Positions 57,001 through 64,000 of a DNA stretch of 64,000 nucleotides are shown here, in pieces. Location of the stretch: positions 24,180,001 through 24,244,000 of the forward strand of contig OZ024744.1 of the NCBI GenBank assembly GCA_964016885.1, read 5' to 3'. Position 1 is the stretch's first letter; every line of letters starts with the position of its first letter. The stretch comes from Eledone cirrhosa. Its lineage: Eukaryota. The position numbers and the translations under genes are program-made. Under the pieces are notes generated by a model. It was not told the DNA's origin, searched no databases, and saw only the letters and a list, made by a program, of their open reading frames with translations.

Positions 57001-60000
57001 GTTGCATCTTAAGAAGTGACTCGTTTTAACGACAGTTGAATCTTAAGATAAACCTCGTTTTAACAACGGTTGAATCTTAAGAACTGACTCGTTTTATCAA
57101 CAGTTCAACCTTAAGAACTGACTCATTTTAACAACAGTTGAATCTTCAAATAAAACTCGTTTTAACAACAGTTGAATGTTAAGAACTGATTCGTTTTAAC
57201 AACAGCTGAATCTTAAGATAAACTCGTTTTAACAACAGTTGAATCTTAAGATAAACCTCGTTTTAACAACAGTTTAATCTTAAGAACTGACTCGTTTTAA
57301 CAACAGTTGAATCTTAAGATAAAATTCGTTTTAACAACAGTTGAATCTTAAGAACTGACTCGTTTTAACAACAGTTGAATCTTAAGAGCTGATTCGTTTT
57401 AACAACAGTTCAAACTTAAGAACTGACTCATTTTAACAACAGTTGAATCTTCAAATAAAACTCGTTTTAACAACAGTTGAATGTTAAGAACTGATTCGTT
57501 TTAACAACAGCTGAATCTTAAGATAAACTCGTTTTAACAACAGTTGAATCTTAAGATAAACCTCGTTTTAACAACAGTTTAATCTTAAGAACTGACTCGT
57601 TTTAACAACAGTTGAATCTTAAGATAAAATTCGTTTTAACAACAGTTGAATCTTAAGAACTGACTCGTTTTAACAACAGTTGAATCTTAAGAACTGACTC
57701 GTTTTAACAACAGTTGAATCTTATGATAAAACCCATTTTAACAACAGTTGAATCTTAATATTAAACTCGTTTTAACAACAGTTGAATCTAAAGAACTGAT
57801 TCGTTTTAACAACAGTTCAAACTTAAGAACTGATTCGTATTAAGAACAGTTGAATCTTATTATAAATCTCATTTTAACAACAGTTGAATCTTAAGAACTG
57901 ATTCGTTTTAACAACAGATGAATCTTAAGATAAACCTCGTTTTAACAACAGTTGCATCTTAAGAACTGGCTCGTTTAAACAACAGTTGAATCTTAAGATA
58001 AAACACGTTTTAACAACAGTTGAATCTTAAGAACTGACTCGTTTTAACAACAGTTGCATCTTAAGATAAACTCGTTTTAACAACAGTTGAATCTTAAGAA
58101 CTGACTCGTTTTAACAACAGCTGAATCTTAAGATAAAACTCGTTTTAACAACAGTTGAATCTTAAGAACTGACTCGTTTTAACAACAGCTGAATCTTAAG
58201 ATAAAACTCGTTTTAACAACAGTTGAATCTTAAGAACTGACTCGTTTTAACAACAGTTCAACCTTAAGAACTGACTCGTTTTAACAACAGTTGAATCTTC
58301 AAATAAAACTCGTTTTAACAACAGTTGAATCTTAAGAATTGACTCGTTTTAACAACAGTTGAATCTTAAGACAAAACCCGTTTTAACAACAGTTGAATCT
58401 TAAGAACTGACTCGTTTTAACAACAGTTGAATCTTAAGATAAAACTCGTTTTAACAACAGTTGAATCTTAAGAACTGACTCGTTTTATCAACAGTTGAAT
58501 CTTAAGATAAACTCGTTTTAACAACAGTTGAATCTTAAGAACTGACTCGTTTTAACAACAGTTGAATCTTAAGAACTGACTCGTTTTAACAACAGCTGAA
58601 TCTTAAGATAAAACTCGTATTAACAACAGTTGAATCTTAAGAACTGACTCGTTTTAACAACAGTTGAATCTTAAGAACTGACTCGTGTTATAAACAGTTC
58701 AACCTTAAGAACTGACTCGTTTTAACAACAGTTGAATATTAAAAACTGACTAGTTTTAACCGCAGCTGAATCTTATAATACAACTCGTTTTAACAACAGT
58801 TGAATCTTCAGATAAAACTCGTTTTAACAACAGATGATTCTCAAGAACTGACTCGTTTTAACAACAGTTGAATCTTAAGATAAAACTCGTTTTAACAACA
58901 GTTGAATCTTAAGAACTGACTCGTATTAACAACAATTGAATCTTAAGATAACATTCGTTTTAACAACAGTTGCATCTTAAGAACTGACTCGTTTTAACGA
59001 CAGTTGATTCTTAAGATAAACCTCGTTTTAACAACTGTTGAATCTTAAGAACTGACTCGTTTTATCAACAGTTCAACCTTAAGAACTGACTCATTTTAAC
59101 AACAGTTGAATCTTCAAATAAAACTCGTTTTAACAACAGTTGAATGTTAAGAACTGATTCGTTTTAACAACAGCTGAATCTTAAGATAAACTCGTTTTAA
59201 CAACAGTTGAATCTTAAGATAAACCTCGTTTTAACAACAGTTTAATATTAAGAACTGACTCGTTTTAACAACAGTTGAATCTTAAGATAAAATTCGTTTT
59301 AACAACAGTTGAATCTTAAGATCTGATTCGTTTTAACAACAGTTCAAACTTAAGAACTGACTCGTTTTAACAACAGTTGAATCTTAAGATAAAACTCGTT
59401 TTAACAACAGTTGAATCTTAAGAACTGACTCGTTTTAACAACAGTTGAATCTTAAGAACTGACTCGTTTTAACAACAGTTGAATCTTATGATAAAACCCA
59501 TTTTAACAACAGTTGAATCTTAAGATTGAACTCGTTTTAACAACAGTTGAATCTTAAGAACTGATTCGTTTTAACAACAGTTCAAACTTAAGAACTGACT
59601 CGTATTAAGAACAGTTGAATCTTATTATAAAACTCATTTTAACAACAGTTGAATCTTAAGAACTGATTCGTTTTAACAACAGATGAATCTTAAGATAAAC
59701 CTCGTTTTAACAACAGTTGCATCTTAAGAACTGGCTCGTTTAAACAACAGTTGAATCTTAAGATAAAACACGTTTTAACAACAGTTGAATCTTAAGAACT
59801 GACTCGTTTTAACAACAGTTGAATCTTAAGATAAACTCGTTTTAACAACAGTTGAATCTTGAGAAATGACTCGTTTTAACAACAGCTGAATCTTAAGATA
59901 AAACTCGTTTTAACAACAGTCGAATCTTAAGAACTGACTCGTTTTAACAACAGCTGAATCTTAAGATAAAACTCGTTTTAACAACAGTTGAATCTTAAGA

Positions 60001-63000
60001 ACTGACTCGTTTTAACAACAGTTCAACCTTAAGAACTGACTCGTTTTAACAACTGTTGAATCTTCAAATAAAACTCGTTTTAACAACAGTTGAATCTTAA
60101 GAATTGACTCGTTTTAACAACAATTAAATCTTAAGACAAAACCCGTTTTAACAACAGTTGAATCTTAAGAACTGACTCGTTTTAACAACAGTTGAATCTT
60201 AAGATAAAATTCGTTTTAACAACAGTTGAATCTTAAGAACTGATTCGTTTTAACAACAGTTCAAACTTAAGAACAGACTCGTATTAACAACAGTTGAATC
60301 TTATTATAAAACTCATTTTAACAACAGTTCAACCTTAAGAACTGACTCGTTTTAACAACAGTTGAATCTTCAAATAAACCTCGTTTTAACAACAGTTGCA
60401 TCTTAAGAACTGGCTCGTTTAAACAACAGTTGAATCTTAAGATAAAACTCGTTTTAACAACAGTTGAATCTTAAGAACTGACTCGTTTTAACAACAGTTG
60501 AATCTTCAAATAAAACTCGTTTTAACAACAGTTGAATCTTAAGAACTGACTCGTTTTAACAACAGTTCAACCTTAAGAACTGACTCCTTTTAACAACAGT
60601 TGAATCTTCAAATAAAACTCGTTTTAACAACAGTTGAATCTTAAGATAAACCTCGTTTTAACAACAGTTGCATCTTAAGAACTGGCTCGTTTAAACAACA
60701 GTTGAATCTTAAGATAAAACACGTTTTAACAACAGTTGAATCTTAAGAACTGACTCGTTTTAACAACAGTTGAATCTTAAGATAAACTCGTTTTAACAAC
60801 AGTTGAATCTTAAGAACTGACTCGTTTTAACAACAGCTGAATCTTAAGATAAAGCTCGTTTTAACAACAGTTGAATCTTAAGAACTGACTCGTTTTAACA
60901 ACAGTTCAACCTTAAGAACTGACTCGTTTTAACAACTGTTGAATCTTCAAATAAAACTCGTTTTAACAACAGTTGAATCTTAAGAACTGACTCGTTTTAA
61001 CAACAGTTCAACCTTAAGAACTGACTCGTTTTAACAACAGTTGAATCTTCAAATAAAACTCGTTTTAACAACAGTTGAATCTTAAGAATTGACTCGTTTT
61101 AACAACAGTTGAATCTTAAGACAAAACCCGTTTTAACAACAGTTGAATCTTAAGAACTGACTCGTTTTAACAACAGTTGAATCTTAAGATAAAACTCGTT
61201 TTAGCAACAGTTGAATCTTAAGAACTGACTCGCTTTATCAACAGTTGAATCTTAAGATAAACTCGTTTTAACAACAGTTGAATCTTAAGAACTGACTCGT
61301 TTTAACAACAGCTGAATCTTAAGATAAAACTCGTATTAACAACAGTTGAATCTCAAGAACTGACTCGTCTTAACAACAGTTGAATCTTAAGAACTGACTC
61401 GTTTTATAAACAGTTCAACCTTAAGAACTGACTCGTTTTAACAACAGTTGAATATTAAAAACTGACTAGTTTTAACCGCAGCTGAATCTTATAATACAAC
61501 TCGTTTTAACAACAGTTGAATCTTCAGATAAAACTCGTTTTAACAACAGATGATTCTCAAGAACTGACTCGTTTTAACAACAGTTGAATCTTAAGATAAA
61601 ACTCGTTTTAACAACAGTTGAATCTTAAGAACTGACTCGTATTAACAACAATTGAATCTTAAGATAACATTCGTTTTAACAACGGTTGCATCTTAAGAAC
61701 TGACTCGTTTTAACGACAGTTGAATCTTAAGATAAACCTTGTTTTAACAACGGTTGAATCTTAAGAACTGACTCGTTTTATCAACAGTTCAACCTTAAGA
61801 ACTGACTCATTTTAACTACAGTTGAATCCTCAAATAAAACTCGTTTTAACAACAGTTGAATGTTAAGAACTGATTCGTTTTAACAACAGCTAAATCTTAA
61901 GATAAACTCGTTTTAACAACAGTTGAATCTTAAGATAAACCTCGTTTTAACAACAGTTTAATCTTAAGAACTGACTCGTTTTAACAACAGTTGAATATTA
62001 AGATAAAATTCGTTTTAACAACAGTTGAATCTTAAGAGCTGATTCGTTTTAACAACAGTTCAAACTTAAGAACTGTCTCGTTTTAACAACAGTTGAATCT
62101 TAAGAACTGACTCGTTTTAACAACAGTTGAATCTTATGAACTGACTCGTTTTAACAACAGTTGAATCTTATGATAAAACCCATTTTAACAACAGTTGAAT
62201 CTTAAGATTAAACTCGTTTTAACAACAGTTGAATCTTAAGAACTGATTCGTTTTAACAACAGTTCAAACTTAAGAACTGACTCGTATTAAGAACAGTTGA
62301 ATCTTATTATAAAACTCATTTTAACAACAGTTGAATCTTAAGAACTGATTCGTTTTAACAACAGATGAATCTTAAGATAAACCTCGTTTTAACAACAGTT
62401 GCATCTTAAGAACTGGCTCGTTTAAACAACAGTTGAATCTTAAGATAAAACACGTTTTAACAACAGTTGAATCTTAAGAACTGAGTCGTTTTAACAACAG
62501 TTGAATCTTAAGAACTGATTCGTTTTAACAACAGTTCAAACTTAAGAACAGACTCGTATTAACAACAGTTGAATCTTATTATAAAACTCATTTATCAACA
62601 GTTCAACCTTAAGAACTGACTCGTTTTAACAACAGTTGAATCTTCAAATAAACCTCGTTTTAACAACAGTTGCATCTTAAGAACTGACTCGTTTTAACAA
62701 CAGTTCAACCTTAAGAACTGACTCGTTTTAACAACAGTTGAATCTTCAAATAAAACTCGTTTTAACAACAGTTGAATCTTAAGAATTGACTCGTTTTAAC
62801 AACAGTTGAATCTTAAGACAAAACCCGTTTTAACAACAGTTGAATCTTAAGAACTGACTCGTTTTAACAACAGTTGAATCTTAAGATAAAACTAGTTTTA
62901 ACAACAGTTGAATCTTAAGAACTGACTCGTTTTATCAACAGTTGAATCTTAAGATAAACTCGTTTTAACAACAGTTGAATCTTAAGTACTGACTCGTTTT

Positions 63001-64000
63001 AACAACAGTTGAATCTTCAAATAAAACTCGTTTTAACAACAGTTGAATCTTAAGAACTGACTCGTTTTAACAACAGTTCAACCTTAAGAACTGACTCGTT
63101 TTAACAACAGTTGAATCTTCAAATAAAACTCGTTTTAACAACAGTTGAATCTTAAGAACTGACTCGTTTTAACAACAGCTGAATCTTAAGATAAAACTCG
63201 TATTAACAACAGTTGAATCTTAAGAACTGACTCGTTTTAACAACAGTTGAATCTTAAGAACTGACTCGTTTTATAAACAGTTCAACCTCAAGAACTGACT
63301 CGTTTTAACAACAGTTGAATCTTAAAAACGGACTCGTTTTAACCGCAGCTGAATCTTATAAAACAACTCGTTTTAACAACAGTTGAATCTTCAGATAAAA
63401 CTCGTTTTAACAACAGATGATTCTCAAGAACTGACTCGTTTTAACAACAGTTGAATCTTAAGATAAAACTCGTTTTAACAACAGTTGAATCTTAAGAACT
63501 GACTCGTATTAACAACAGTTCAACCTTAAGAACTGACTCGTTTTAACAACTGTTGAATCTTCAAATAAAACTCGTTTTAACAACAGTTGAATCTTAAGAA
63601 TTGACTCGTTTTAACAACAATTAAATCTTAAGACAAAACCCGTTTTAACAACAGTTGAATCTTAAGAACTGACTCGTTTTAACAACAGTTGAATCTTAAG
63701 ATAAAATTCGTTTTAACAACAGTTGAATCTTAAGAACTAATTCGTTTTAACAACAGTTCAAACTTAAGAACAGACTCGTATTAACAACAGTTGAATCTTA
63801 TTATAAAACTCATTTTAACAACAGTTCAACCTTAAGAACTGACTCGTTTTAACAACAGTTGAATCTTCAAATAAACCTCGTTTTAACAACAGTTGCATCT
63901 TAAGAACTGGCTCGTTTAAACAACAGTTGAATCTTAAGATAAAACTCGTTTTAACAACAGTTGAATCTTAAGAACTGACTCGTTTTAACAACAGTTGAAT
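42791..64000. repeat. 10,730-bp near-identical tandem duplication (copy 1 ~42791-53520; copy 2 53521 to beyond the window end)
   Basis: Constant offset of 10730 for GAATCTCAAG (43081/53811), GCAACAGTTG (43921/54651), CGACCTTAAG (45051/55781), ACCGCAGCTG (46061/56791), CTTAAAAACG (52591/63321) and the last 40 bases (53231/63961). I noticed one mismatch: 44579 A versus 55309 T. Confidence 0.95.
46380..46950. repeat. Local 305-bp-offset (9-monomer) duplication, mirrored at +10730
   Basis: GTTGAATGTT at 46441/46746 is followed by the same series each time: GCTG monomer, 33-bp monomer, TAAACCTC..GTTTAATC, TAAAATTC. Confidence 0.7.

Larger units (their letters stand above)
1..64000. repeat. 34-bp satellite tandem array, head-to-tail, running off both window ends
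   Basis: Positions 1-34 read ACTGACTCGTTTTAACAACAGTTGAATCTTAAGA and 35-68 read TAAAACTCGTTTTAACAACAGTTGAATCTTAAGA. The same core recurs every 34 bp (occasionally 33) to the end of the window, usually with 0-3 substitutions per monomer. No non-repeat sequence was seen. Confidence 0.99.

Noticed and set aside
1-64000. CRISPR array: ~30-bp conserved, partly palindromic unit containing GTTTTAAC...TTGAA
   Set aside because: There are no unique spacers. The variable part is only 4 bp with two main states, and no leader or cas genes are present.
1-64000. Repetitive protein-coding ORF on either strand
   Set aside because: Each monomer has two TTAA (TAA on both strands) plus TGA on the + strand. The period of 34 is not a multiple of 3, so every frame meets stops within a few monomers. 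Under a TAA-reassigned code, the 33-bp monomers and TCA variants would still disrupt the minus-strand frames.
1-64000. piggyBac-type TTAA target sites or MITE array
   Set aside because: TTAA is just part of the monomer. No terminal inverted repeats enclosing internal sequence and no transposase were seen.
1-64000. Telomerase-type telomeric repeat
   Set aside because: There is no G-rich/C-rich strand motif, and the ordered kb-scale HORs imply recombinational amplification rather than templated addition. A subtelomeric location cannot be excluded.
1-64000. Plasmid iterons, phage origin repeats or recombination-site (attC/loxP/FRT-like 34-bp) arrays
   Set aside because: The 34-bp length and dyad are superficially similar, but the sequence lacks the 13-8-13 perfect arm layout. 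No cassettes, rep or recombinase genes are present, and the scale far exceeds such arrays.
1-64000. Strand inversion or embedded unique insertion within the array
   Set aside because: I did not find the reverse-complement core (ATTCAACTGTTGTTAAAACGAGT) or any non-repeat stretch by eye. A very short one could have been missed.

Overview
The whole 64,000-bp window is one uninterrupted, head-to-tail, single-orientation tandem array of an AT-rich 34-bp monomer (about 1,880 copies by length/34; about 30% GC). The consensus is NNNN-ACTCGTTTTAACAACAGTTGAATCTTAAGA, and the first four bases are dimorphic: ACTG (type A) or TAAA (type B). I saw no unique sequence, gene, RNA gene, transposon, CRISPR spacer or inversion. 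It looks like eukaryotic satellite DNA, but I cannot assign an organism or a named family. The information is in the ordered pattern of variant monomers, which defines several higher-order-repeat (HOR) domains: ~5.0-5.3 kb units (1-12.5 kb), an ~88-monomer (~2,991 bp) HOR with in-register deletion variants (13-35 kb), a 2,617-bp-offset duplication (35-39 kb), a 2,921-bp tandem duplication (39-45 kb) and an almost perfect 10,730-bp tandem duplication (42.8 kb to the window end). The monomer is an imperfect palindrome made of two 17-bp halves. All offsets were measured by eye from diagnostic variants, so domain boundaries are approximate. The sequence alone does not support a new protein-coding system; any function such as centromeric or telomeric is inference.
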